Shown here: in pieces, positions 18,783-27,563 of the stretch
Layout of the letters: every line of letters starts with the position of its first letter
Position numbering within the stretch: position 1 is the stretch's first letter
Origin: Candidatus Atabeyarchaeum deiterrae
Lineage (GTDB): Archaea > Asgardarchaeota > Atabeyarchaeia > Atabeyarchaeales > Atabeyarchaeaceae
Direction of reading: 5' to 3'
DNA length: 64,000 bases
Assembly (NCBI GenBank): GCA_037310415.1
Contig: CP147780.1
Location: 1,568,001-1,632,000, forward strand
Translations under genes and position numbers: made by a program
Notes under the pieces: model-generated
The model's database searches: none
Seen by the model: the letters and a program-made list of their open reading frames with translations, nothing else
What the model was told of the DNA's origin: nothing

Positions 18783-20444
18783 GTGATGACTGACACGGCC
18801 GATGGAAAGAGACCTTGGACCAAGCGCTATGACCCCCATGTTCCACCATCCGTCAATATCCCTGAAGTTTTCATTCATGAAAGTCTAGAGCATGATGCAA
18901 GAAGCTTCCCGAATAGGCTGGGCTTGGGATTCTTTGGAAACAACATAACCTTCGCTGAGTTTGATTCTCTCGCAGGCAAGTTTGCCTCGTCCCTTTTGAG
19001 ACTGGGGGTTAGGGAGGGAGATCGAGTTGTAGTGCACCTTCCCAATATTCCTCAATACCCAATCTCATTGTACGGCGTTCTGAAGATTGGTGCAGCGTCA
19101 ATAGGATGCAGTATCTTGTACAAGACCCCTGAGCTTGTCCATCTACTGAATGATTCTGGTGCAGAGACTATTGTAACATTGGACTCAAGTCTGCCGACGA
19201 TCATGGAAGTGAAGGGCAGGACGAAACTACGCAACGTGATCGCAACGGGTCTAGGAGATTTCATAGCTCTCGGAAAGAAAATGCGCGAGTCTAGATCAAA
19301 ACCGACCAAATCCGATTATCATAGTTACCTTAGGTTGATCGAGCAAGAGGAGAACCTAAGTACTCGACTCAAGGGAGACCCTAAGAACACACCTGCGCTC
19401 ATACAATATACCGGAGGCACAACAGGCGTACCCAAGGGAGTTGTTCTAACCCATTATAATCTCTTGGCTAATATGACTCAAGTCAAGATATGGGCTGCTC
19501 TTGAATATGGTGAAGATTCCACGCTCAGCGTATTCCCGTTTTTTCATCAAGCGGGGCAGATATTCCTTCTCATGTCAGTCCACTTGGCCGCGACGCAAGT
19601 ACTCTACCCGAACCCCAGGGATCTCTTCATGGCTGTACAGTTGATCGGTGAAAGGAAACCTACGATCATTGCGGCAGTTCCAACATGGTATATCTTATTG
19701 CTCCGCAGCCCGTACGCACGAAAATGTGATTTTTCGGGCGTGAAGCTGTTCATAAGTGGAGCCGCCCCATTCCCCGCTGAGCAGATAAATGAATTCAAAC
19801 GTGCCACGGGAAAGGAGCTAATAGAAGTGTACGGGTTAACTGAAGCCAGTCCCCTGATAACAGTGAATCCATTCTATGGAAGGAAAAAAGTCGGATCCGT
19901 GGGTTTGCCTCTTCCGAACACGGACGTGAAGCTTCTCGACATTGAAAATGGGAAGGAGGTTGAAGTAGGAAAACCTGGAGAGCTTGTCACAAAAGGTCCA
20001 CAAGTAATGGTAGGCTACTTAAATCAGCCTGATGAGACCGCCAAGACACTGAGAGATGGCTGGTTGTACACTGGAGACGTAGCGACAATGGATGGAGACG
20101 GATACTTCTACATAGTTGACAGAACGAAAGACATGATCAATGTCAGCGGGTACAAAGTCTTTCCTCGTGAAGTTGATGAAGTCATAACCACTCATGAAGC
20201 AGTATCAGTGGCTGCCACTGTCGGAATCCCAAACCCAGATCGTCCAGGCAGCGAGATTGTGAAAAGCTTCATTGTTCTAAGAGACGGCTATGCTCCGTCT
20301 GATGAACTCAAGGAAGAAATAGAAAAGTTCCTCAAGGACAGGCTGGCAACGTTTAAGGTTCCTAGGATAGTAGAGTTTAGAAAAGAGCTTCCACTGACAC
20401 TGATTGGAAAAGTCCTCAAGAGGGCTTTGCGCGATGGCCAGTAA
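18783..20444 (+). CDS. Long-chain fatty acid--CoA ligase (AMP-forming)
   Basis: YTGGTTGVPKG, YGLTEASP, GWLYTGD, DRTKDMINVSGYKV, GKVLKRAL. Confidence 0.93.
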   Translation: MMTDTADGKRPWTKRYDPHVPPSVNIPEVFIHESLEHDARSFPNRLGLGFFGNNITFAEFDSLAGKFASSLLRLGVREGDRVVVHLPNIPQYPISLYGVLKIGAASIGCSILYKTPELVHLLNDSGAETIVTLDSSLPTIMEVKGRTKLRNVIATGLGDFIALGKKMRESRSKPTKSDYHSYLRLIEQEENLSTRLKGDPKNTPALIQYTGGTTGVPKGVVLTHYNLLANMTQVKIWAALEYGEDSTLSVFPFFHQAGQIFLLMSVHLAATQVLYPNPRDLFMAVQLIGERKPTIIAAVPTWYILLLRSPYARKCDFSGVKLFISGAAPFPAEQINEFKRATGKELIEVYGLTEASPLITVNPFYGRKKVGSVGLPLPNTDVKLLDIENGKEVEVGKPGELVTKGPQVMVGYLNQPDETAKTLRDGWLYTGDVATMDGDGYFYIVDRTKDMINVSGYKVFPREVDEVITTHEAVSVAATVGIPNPDRPGSEIVKSFIVLRDGYAPSDELKEEIEKFLKDRLATFKVPRIVEFRKELPLTLIGKVLKRALRDGQ

Positions 20445-20472
20445 GAACAAGACGTGATCGGCTTTCGTCCGT

Positions 20473-20880
20473 TTATCCTTCTCTCTCAGACATTGCCATA
20501 AATATCCTATCATTCGTCCTGTTAAGCTCCAAGAATGTCATTCCAAGACTAGCTTCTTTTCTGATGAAGACTGAAAGAATCATGTCCCTGCCGCTTCTAG
20601 TAAGCACAATGTCCCCGGTACCCCCACTAACAACAACTCTCTTCAAGTCTCCCAATCCTAGGTTTCTCAGAACGTTGTCACCTATGTTGAGGAGAGCAGC
20701 AGACATCGCGGCGGCCAATGAAGCATCCGATAGTCTAGGTGACCAAGAAGATATGATTAGCCCATCACTCTTTACGAGTGTTGCGCCATCTATTCCCTTC
20801 GTCGCCGTGCATAGATCCATCAGCGTTCTTTTTAGTCTGTCCCTCAGACTTGAATCACTTGCGGCCAAAGTGGAATTCAC
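20473..20880 (-). CDS. Roadblock/LC7 (MglB-like) domain protein
   Basis: IDGATLVKSDGLIISS, AAAMSAALL.IG, LG.GDL..VVVSG..G, LG...LE. Confidence 0.9.
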   Translation of the reverse strand: MNSTLAASDSSLRDRLKRTLMDLCTATKGIDGATLVKSDGLIISSWSPRLSDASLAAAMSAALLNIGDNVLRNLGLGDLKRVVVSGGTGDIVLTRSGRDMILSVFIRKEASLGMTFLELNRTNDRIFMAMSEREG

Positions 20881-20921
20881 CTTCTTGCACTACGTTGACT
20901 TGACAGGCTGCTCATTCAAAA

Positions 20922-21509
20922 TCAGTTCGAGGTCATTGCCTTTTCTTTCATGAGCTTAAGAAGAGATAGTAGAGCTTCTTTGATCCCTTCTCCGGTCAGT
21001 CCTGATCCCTCAATGAACTTTACTGAATCAACTTTCATGAGGTTCTTCAAAGCGTCTGCTCTCATTGCATTGTCGAGATCCTGCTTGTTTGCCACCACAA
21101 CCATAGGGACGTCCACTCCAAGGAATCCTTTTACTTCCTCATAGATCGCTATTGCGTGTCCGACCTGACCGGGTGCCGTACTATCAACAATAAAAAGGAC
21201 GCCCTTGGCTCCCCTGCTTGTGGCTTCTCTCACGGGAGACATATGGATCTGTCCAGGGCTTCCCATCAGCATCACACGGGTAAAACTGCAACTATTCGAC
21301 TTGACCTCATTGTCATGTCGAAGCTCGTCAGCTCCATCCCACCAAATGTGCCCAAGATCAAATGCAAGCGTTGTCGTACTTCCATCTGGCAAAACCTTCT
21401 CTACGCTTGTGGCCTTAGTGTCCAAGAAGTGAACTAGGGTTGTCTTGCCTGCATGGTATGGTCCAGCGACGAAGATCTTGAAACACTTGTCCCTCTTGTC
21501 ATCAGTCAA
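20922..21509 (-). CDS. MglA/CvnD-like small GTPase
   Basis: GPYHAGKTT, TTTLAFDLG, GSPGQ, FIVDS, NKQD, SGLTGEG; ATGA overlap with the upstream roadblock gene. Confidence 0.9.
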   Translation of the reverse strand: MTDDKRDKCFKIFVAGPYHAGKTTLVHFLDTKATSVEKVLPDGSTTTLAFDLGHIWWDGADELRHDNEVKSNSCSFTRVMLMGSPGQIHMSPVREATSRGAKGVLFIVDSTAPGQVGHAIAIYEEVKGFLGVDVPMVVVANKQDLDNAMRADALKNLMKVDSVKFIEGSGLTGEGIKEALLSLLKLMKEKAMTSN

Positions 21510-21898
21510 TGAATCTCATCTCCATCAAGAAGTTCAGCTATTCTACCTGATGCTTTCTGCAAGGCCAAGTGGATCAGCCCCAGACCAACCTTCGAACGAG
21601 CTGTTCCAATTATGAGCTGGCGTCTGCCAGCGCTTCTGACCACAGTGACGCCGTCATCCGCCTGTATCGTGACTTGGGAGAGTTTCCCCTGCCTCAGCTC
21701 AACAACGGTTCGCTCGCCCATTGCAAGTATTGCTGCCGCCATCGCAGAGAGCAAACTTTCTTTTTCTGGGTCACTTATCGCTGAACATATCGGCAATCCG
21801 TCGTCACTGACAATGCATGTGGCATCCAGACTACCTGACTGAACTGTATCTTGAAGCACTTGATTTAACTTCATCTGTTTGTTAAGGCCCTCAGACAT
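21506..21898 (-). CDS. Roadblock/LC7 (MglB-like) domain protein
   Basis: CIVSDDGLPICS, LSAMAAAILAMGERTVVELRQGKLSQVTIQ, LGLIHL. Confidence 0.9.
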   Translation of the reverse strand: MSEGLNKQMKLNQVLQDTVQSGSLDATCIVSDDGLPICSAISDPEKESLLSAMAAAILAMGERTVVELRQGKLSQVTIQADDGVTVVRSAGRRQLIIGTARSKVGLGLIHLALQKASGRIAELLDGDEIH

Positions 21899-22183
21899 AA
21901 ACGACCCACCAATTCCTACAGAATTACGGGAGGGGTGACTACCTCTTTTTCACATTCCCACTGATCATATTAGAACCATTTCATGCGGTTAAAAAGATAG
22001 TTAGATTCAAGCATTGTGTTTCGCACTTGCGTGCGAATATCGCAAATTACGACGCTTATGCCTCCATTCTTATTGCCGACAAGGCAGCTGCCAATGAGAG
22101 CTTATCAGTGGACAGTTGCAGGCTCAGCTTGTTTGCTTCAGACGCATGGCTCTCTCACTTACTTACCTGGCGTGAGAATCAGC

Positions 22184-22930
22184 TTACGCGATTCCTTGCA
22201 CAGGCACAACTATTATTCCTTGGTCGGCGATTACCATTTCGAATTCCTTCATACTATGCTTGACGCCTCTCATTTTTCGTATAACCAGCTTTCTCTTGAA
22301 TTCTCTGCCTCTGGACTCAAGAGCCAAGAAGATAATACCAGTAGCCAGGAATTCCTCAACACCAAACCTACTAAGTGCAGCCGATCCTTCAACGGTCTCT
22401 GTTGTCATCAGCGTAGTGCAGTCAAGGTTTCTCAGAAAAGTGTTAAGTCGCATTAACGTTGCTCGCATGGTCTCTGGATGTGTGAACAAACCAATCCCGG
22501 GGATTGAATCCACAACCAACCGTTTTGCCGAGATAGCCTGTACTGCAGCAGCCAAATCGTCTATTATTCCGATGACCTTCTCTACAGAGCTATCAAGGGT
22601 CCATTTCTCGGGATCCTGCAGATCAAGACGACCTGTAATTGCGTCAAGAAGGACAAGTTTTCCGTCCTTTTCAAGTCTTAACAGGTCCCAACCGAAACGA
22701 GCGGCGTTTCTCCTAATTTCGTACAATGGTTCCTCGAAACTGGCATAGACTCCATGTTCTCCGTATTTGAGAGCGCCATTCACCAAGTACTGCAAACAGA
22801 AGATCGTTTTTCCACTTCCTGTTCCTCCCGTGACGAGGCTTCGGGAATTCTTCGGAAGGCCCCCCTCAAGAAGCTCGTCGAATCCTTGAATGCCGGTAGG
22901 AACTCTTTCATTTCGCTTCTCTACGTTCAT
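22184..22930 (-). CDS. Single-domain KaiC/RAD55-like ATPase (intact motifs)
   Basis: VPTGI.GFD.LL.GG, GGTGSGKT, SFEE, LVVDSI, GVEEFLA, KMRG; start taken as ATG 22930. Confidence 0.9.
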   Translation of the reverse strand: MNVEKRNERVPTGIQGFDELLEGGLPKNSRSLVTGGTGSGKTIFCLQYLVNGALKYGEHGVYASFEEPLYEIRRNAARFGWDLLRLEKDGKLVLLDAITGRLDLQDPEKWTLDSSVEKVIGIIDDLAAAVQAISAKRLVVDSIPGIGLFTHPETMRATLMRLNTFLRNLDCTTLMTTETVEGSAALSRFGVEEFLATGIIFLALESRGREFKRKLVIRKMRGVKHSMKEFEMVIADQGIIVVPVQGIA

Positions 22931-23318
22931 TTCTTCAACCCCAAGATTCTCTTCACTTCCACTTAAGTGTGCAATCAACTATGCGGCGAATAAGGTTCGA
23001 AGTGACATTACACAGGTCAAAACAGACCATGCTGTCTCCCCCACTTATTGAGATGAGCTGGTGAATTGATAAATCTGTTCTGCAATCATCATTAGCAGGC
23101 TGAATGCGTTAGGAAATTCGCAATCATTTAGCAACGCTTTTATCCAAACATCCCGTCGAGTATTGTGTGATGTGCACTACGGTAGCTTGTGGATGAGAAG
23201 GGGACCCGTAACAGTTTTCATTTCGATCGTGGCAGTGCTCCGAGTGAAAGTGAACCTCGAATCAATCTGGTTGTCGGAGGGAGCGCCTTTCAACAACTGC
23301 ATTGTGTCGTGATTTAGA

Positions 23319-23909
23319 ATGATATACGACCTATACGTGATCTCGAACCAGAATGGATGCTGCATCTATCACCAAGGTTTTGGAACAACCCTCGTAAACA
23401 GCGATCTAGTGGCTGGCTTGCTGACAGCCATGTTGTCATTCATGAAAGAGGTTCGAGGCGATGAAATGAAGGTCATGATTTCAGGAAACTCAAAATTCGT
23501 CTTCAATCAGTCCCCAGGTCTGATATTCGTAGCTCTGGTTGACCTCAACCCTGACGAGCACGATGTCTCAATGTTCCTTGAGGAAGTAAAGAAGCTATTC
23601 ACTGAGAAGTATCCGGAAAAGGACCAAGTTCAGCCTCTCAGTGGAGACGATCCTATCTCACAAGAGATCGCTCAGCTGCTCTTCACCTCAGATAAACCAA
23701 CTGGTAAAGCTAAGCCGCCGCTCGTACTCGGACGAAGATTGTCCAAGCTCATTGCGCCTGAATTGGCAGTTCAGAAGGATGCACTGACCAATCTCTATGG
23801 GAGAGTTGCTAAGTCAAAGGATTGCAGGGGAAAGGATCATGACTTAGAGGAGAAGTACAGAAAGGAGATTGAGAATCTGAACAGATTGATCGAAGAAACT
23901 CAAAATTAG
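23319..23909 (+). CDS. Longin-domain protein with helical C-terminal extension
   Basis: MIYDLYVIS...GCCIYHQ.F, DLVAGLLTAMLSFMKEV, LIFVALVD, FL.EVK..F.EKY: longin/sigma-adaptin-like pattern. Confidence 0.8.
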   Translation: MIYDLYVISNQNGCCIYHQGFGTTLVNSDLVAGLLTAMLSFMKEVRGDEMKVMISGNSKFVFNQSPGLIFVALVDLNPDEHDVSMFLEEVKKLFTEKYPEKDQVQPLSGDDPISQEIAQLLFTSDKPTGKAKPPLVLGRRLSKLIAPELAVQKDALTNLYGRVAKSKDCRGKDHDLEEKYRKEIENLNRLIEETQN

Positions 23910-23946
23910 ACAAGATGTTGAAATTCGAAAAGGAGAATATGCGGCC

Positions 23947-24543
23947 ATGCTGAAATCTGTCGAGATTCTGAACCTACTGGCAGCCAGACAGTTCGACGGT
24001 TGGATGAGACCTGGAATCAAAACCAAGCTTCGCCCCAAGTTGGGAAATACTATTGACCTTTATGCATCGCAGGAACGTGTCCCTGGAATGCTAGCATTAA
24101 GTCAATCCATGGGACCAGTCCTTTTTGAGGTTGGAAAGAAAGTAGCGTCCCACATTGCTGAGAGGACCATACCTCTACTTAAGGGAATATCGGGATACCA
24201 TCGATTCGCCGAATCTAACACAATCGAAGAGGCAAGACAATCGAGTGAATTCACTATATTCCAAATGATATACCAAGGAACCCTCACTGGGCTTCTGAAA
24301 CTAGTCGCATACGCGAAAAACAAGTTAATAGTCATTCAGGTTGAGGAGTGTGCTGATTGTACAGGAATGGTCAACTTGGGAAGGAGCATTTGCTACTTCG
24401 TAGGAGGCGAAATTACTGGCGCGGTTGAGGTTGCGCTGGGGAAGAGCCTGGGATACGTTGAGACAAAGTGCACGGTCAAAGGTGACCAGTGTTGCGAATT
24501 CAGATTGACAGTTCCGCAAGAGCAGGGAGGAGTATTCAGATGA
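23947..24543 (+). CDS. V4R domain protein (paralogue 1)
   Basis: RPKLG..IDL, LFEVGKK, ECADC, ICYF..G, ETKC...GD.CCEF. Confidence 0.88.
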   Translation: MLKSVEILNLLAARQFDGWMRPGIKTKLRPKLGNTIDLYASQERVPGMLALSQSMGPVLFEVGKKVASHIAERTIPLLKGISGYHRFAESNTIEEARQSSEFTIFQMIYQGTLTGLLKLVAYAKNKLIVIQVEECADCTGMVNLGRSICYFVGGEITGAVEVALGKSLGYVETKCTVKGDQCCEFRLTVPQEQGGVFR

Positions 24544-25193
24544 AAAGTTTAAGCACTCGTCATTCAGAAAGGGGTCCCACCTTGATCACTGAAAAACTTC
24601 TGGAAGCCATTGGTAGAATGCAGTATGAGAAATTCTTAGGTTCTGTTGACAAGTTCGAACCTCGCAAAAAACTTGGTGACAATGTTGACTTGTTATCTTT
24701 TCAGGAACGTGTGCTTGGTGTCTTGTCACTAAGTCAATCTATGGGACCCATCCTTTTCGAGGCAGGCAAGAAACCTGCACTATACATGGCCGAAGAGATG
24801 TGGCCTGAGGCTAGGAAGCAACCAAACTTTCACAGCATGGGCGACGCTAACGATCTGGACGAAGCAAGGCTTTCGGATGAGTTCACAGTTCTTCAGAGTT
24901 TTCTCGAAACGACCCGCCTCGGACTTCTTAGCCTAAGCGCGTTCGAGAAGAACAAGTCAATTCAATTTGAAGTTGATGAATGCGCGATATGCTATGGAGT
25001 TGGTAACTTGGGAAGAACCAAGTGTTATTTTCTTGGCGGAATCATCGCTGGTACTCTTGAAGGCACGCTCGGCAGAAGGGTGGGTTTTTCTGAATCAAAG
25101 TGTTGCGCAAATGGCGATCCCATCTGTGAATTCAGATATAGCCTATTAGGAACCAAGAACGATGAACGAAATGGTGAACAAGAAAGTGAATAA
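24540..25193 (+). CDS. V4R domain protein (paralogue 2)
   Basis: RKKLGDNVDL, LFEAGKK, ECAIC, KCYFLGG, ESKCC.NGDPICEF; ATG 24540 overlaps the previous stop (ATGA). Confidence 0.88.
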   Translation: MKSLSTRHSERGPTLITEKLLEAIGRMQYEKFLGSVDKFEPRKKLGDNVDLLSFQERVLGVLSLSQSMGPILFEAGKKPALYMAEEMWPEARKQPNFHSMGDANDLDEARLSDEFTVLQSFLETTRLGLLSLSAFEKNKSIQFEVDECAICYGVGNLGRTKCYFLGGIIAGTLEGTLGRRVGFSESKCCANGDPICEFRYSLLGTKNDERNGEQESE

Positions 25194-25207
25194 CTATTAA
25201 AGGTGTT

Positions 25208-25816
25208 ATGTTTTTGAGAGAGAAGGAGCTTTTCAAAGAACTGGCGAAAACGCAAGTCGGGCGAATATTGCACACCCCAGGATACAAGAGCAAGATACGC
25301 GGAAGACTTGGAGACTCGGTTGACTTGTTGACTTACCAGAGACCACTGCTTGGAGTTCTGATTCTGGCTGAGTCCATGAGTTCAGTGCTTTTCGAGGCTG
25401 GAAAGAGGACCGGAATTCAGCTTACTGAAGGCGGCATGCCGTTACTTCAGCAACTTCCAGATTACCGTGACTTTGCAGAAGCGAAGAATCTAGAGGAAGC
25501 AAAACTCTCAACCGGATATGCTGTTCTTAAAATGGCATTCGAATTATCTGGAACGGGTCTGATAGACCTGACCCAATTCAAGAAGGACAAACTTGCTGTT
25601 TATCAAGTCAATGAGTGCGCAGACTGTTATGGCATCAGGGACCTAGAAAAAAGCATTTGCCACTTTATTGGGGGCGTGATTGCTGGTGCACTTGAGTATG
25701 CACTAAAGAAAACGGTAGGGTTTGTTGAAACGATGTGCCAGGCTAAGGGTGACTCCTGTTGCGAATTCACATACACGATCAAACGAGTGGAGAGCAAGAA
25801 TGATCAGGTTAGCTGA
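25208..25816 (+). CDS. V4R domain protein (paralogue 3)
   Basis: RGRLGDSVDL, LFEAGKR, ECADC, ICHFIGG, ETMCQAKGDSCCEF. Confidence 0.88.
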   Translation: MFLREKELFKELAKTQVGRILHTPGYKSKIRGRLGDSVDLLTYQRPLLGVLILAESMSSVLFEAGKRTGIQLTEGGMPLLQQLPDYRDFAEAKNLEEAKLSTGYAVLKMAFELSGTGLIDLTQFKKDKLAVYQVNECADCYGIRDLEKSICHFIGGVIAGALEYALKKTVGFVETMCQAKGDSCCEFTYTIKRVESKNDQVS

Positions 25817-25884
25817 AGTACGATGAGAGATAGAAAACGTGAACAGAATAATTGAAGGAACAGAAGAAAGCATGAAACAAATAA

Positions 25885-26481
25885 GTGTCGAAAGGTTGGT
25901 GTAGCCTATTGAAGGCAGACGAAATCCTTGATGCGCTGGCCAGTAGGCAATTCAAGAGGCTGGTGAGCAACCCCAGCCCTCAAGCTAAGCTTAGGAAGAG
26001 GCTCGGTAACAACATTGACATGTGGGCATATCAGGAACGCGTAATCGGGATGCTCGCCCTAAGCAAATCCATGGGACCAGTCCTGTTTGAAGCGGGTAAA
26101 AAAGTCGGAAAGTCCCTCAGCAAGAAAGCAGTGTTAATGTTTAGGAAGTTGCCGAATTACAGGAGTTTCATCGAATGCAAGACACTGGAGGAAGCTCAGC
26201 GTTCAACTGAGTGGTCGATAGTTCAGGCGATGTATCAAATGACTGCCACTGGAATCATAAACATGGTCAAATACGAGAAAGGGAAACTCTTGGTCTTTCA
26301 AGTTGAGGAGTGTGTTTCCTGCTCAGGGCTTCCCAACCTCGGGGAAAGCGTGTGCTACTATCTCGGCGGACAGCTTTGTGGCGCAATTGAGATCATAATC
26401 GGAAAGAGTTTGGCCTTTGTTGAAACGAAGTGCCAAGCTAAGGGCGATACTTGTTGCGAGTTCAAGTACACAGTCCTATAA
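25885..26481 (+). CDS. V4R domain protein (paralogue 4)
   Basis: RKRLGNNIDM, LFEAGKK, ECVSC, VCYYLGG, ETKCQAKGDTCCEF; alternative start TTG 25909. Confidence 0.88.
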   Translation: MSKGWCSLLKADEILDALASRQFKRLVSNPSPQAKLRKRLGNNIDMWAYQERVIGMLALSKSMGPVLFEAGKKVGKSLSKKAVLMFRKLPNYRSFIECKTLEEAQRSTEWSIVQAMYQMTATGIINMVKYEKGKLLVFQVEECVSCSGLPNLGESVCYYLGGQLCGAIEIIIGKSLAFVETKCQAKGDTCCEFKYTVL

Positions 26482-26522
26482 GACGAATTGCATATGGATT
26501 ATAGGAGTGGAGTGAAACAGAA

Positions 26523-27320
26523 TTGGACAGACTATCCACTGGCATAGATGGGCTTGACGAACTGATACAAGGCGGATTAATAAGTGGATCATCAACGCTA
26601 CTCTACGGACCGCCTGGGAACGGGAAACACCCATTTTGCCTCCAGTTTATCGCAGAAGGATTGAAAGTTGGTGACGGTGGAATAATGTTGGTCTCAAATG
26701 AGTCCGTCCAAGATGCAATAGAAAGCTTCGGAGAAGTAGGGTGTAGCTTGGATACTACAGTATTGGATCAGAAATACGATCTGAAGTTCGTTGACTGCTA
26801 CAGTTGGCGGATTGAAGAGGTTCCTTACCCAAAGTTGTATGGAAATGTGGTCAAGTCATCAATGGATATCAATCATGTTTCTTTGGCTATAGGCACGGCT
26901 GTCGATCAGATGAAGGCTGGCAAAAGAATTCGAGTCACAGTAGACCTGTTTTCCCCGCTCCTAATGGTTGCTCCCCCACAGGCTGTCTATAGACTTGGTG
27001 AACTTCTGACAGCCGAACTGAAGAAGAAAGGCGCAACCTCGATATTTATGTTGACGGAGGGAATGCATGACCAGCAGACGATAACGTCTCTTCAACAGTT
27101 GATCGACAATGTGGTGCTCTTTAGAAACTCTGAGAAGGAAGGGGTTCTCATAAAGGAAGTCTGCGTGAGCAAAATGAAGCGAACAGTCTTCGAATCGAGA
27201 TGGCTGCCGATATTCAGGGATACAAAGACAGGGGGGCTAAGGATCGCGCAGGAAAGTCAGAAGACGGACTTGTTCAGTAGCGGTGAGAGATACTTGAAAA
27301 CAGGCAGACTTTCTACCTGA
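26523..27320 (+). CDS. KaiC/RAD55-like ATPase with degenerate motifs
   Basis: LSTGIDGLDELI.GG, GPPGNGKH, FVDCYSW, VTVDLFS, LQQLIDNVV, KMKRT. Confidence 0.85.
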   Translation: MDRLSTGIDGLDELIQGGLISGSSTLLYGPPGNGKHPFCLQFIAEGLKVGDGGIMLVSNESVQDAIESFGEVGCSLDTTVLDQKYDLKFVDCYSWRIEEVPYPKLYGNVVKSSMDINHVSLAIGTAVDQMKAGKRIRVTVDLFSPLLMVAPPQAVYRLGELLTAELKKKGATSIFMLTEGMHDQQTITSLQQLIDNVVLFRNSEKEGVLIKEVCVSKMKRTVFESRWLPIFRDTKTGGLRIAQESQKTDLFSSGERYLKTGRLST

Positions 27321-27563
27321 TGAAAGTAGTCGCAAAGATGACGATCGCGCTCAAAGGAGCATTCTACGTTGATGAAGGCGACCCGAGTTTGAGACGCGAG
27401 GAAGCGGAATAAGTCATATCGTGAGGCTGGATTTCTCCGTTTTGAGATTCTTGACAGTTTTGCTCAGAACCAAATCAAACAGGGCTGACAATCGAATGAT
27501 GCTGAAGATACTCAAGGATCTTTCTTGACCTGCAGTCATCCGTGCATAATGGAGGCTTCTTGA

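Noticed and set aside
18142-18849. 235-aa minus-strand ORF
   Set aside because: Antisense to the clear Lrp/AsnC gene.
22184-27320. Circadian clock interpretation of the two KaiC-like genes
   Set aside because: Single-domain proteins, no Ser-Thr phosphosite pair, no kaiA or kaiB in the window.
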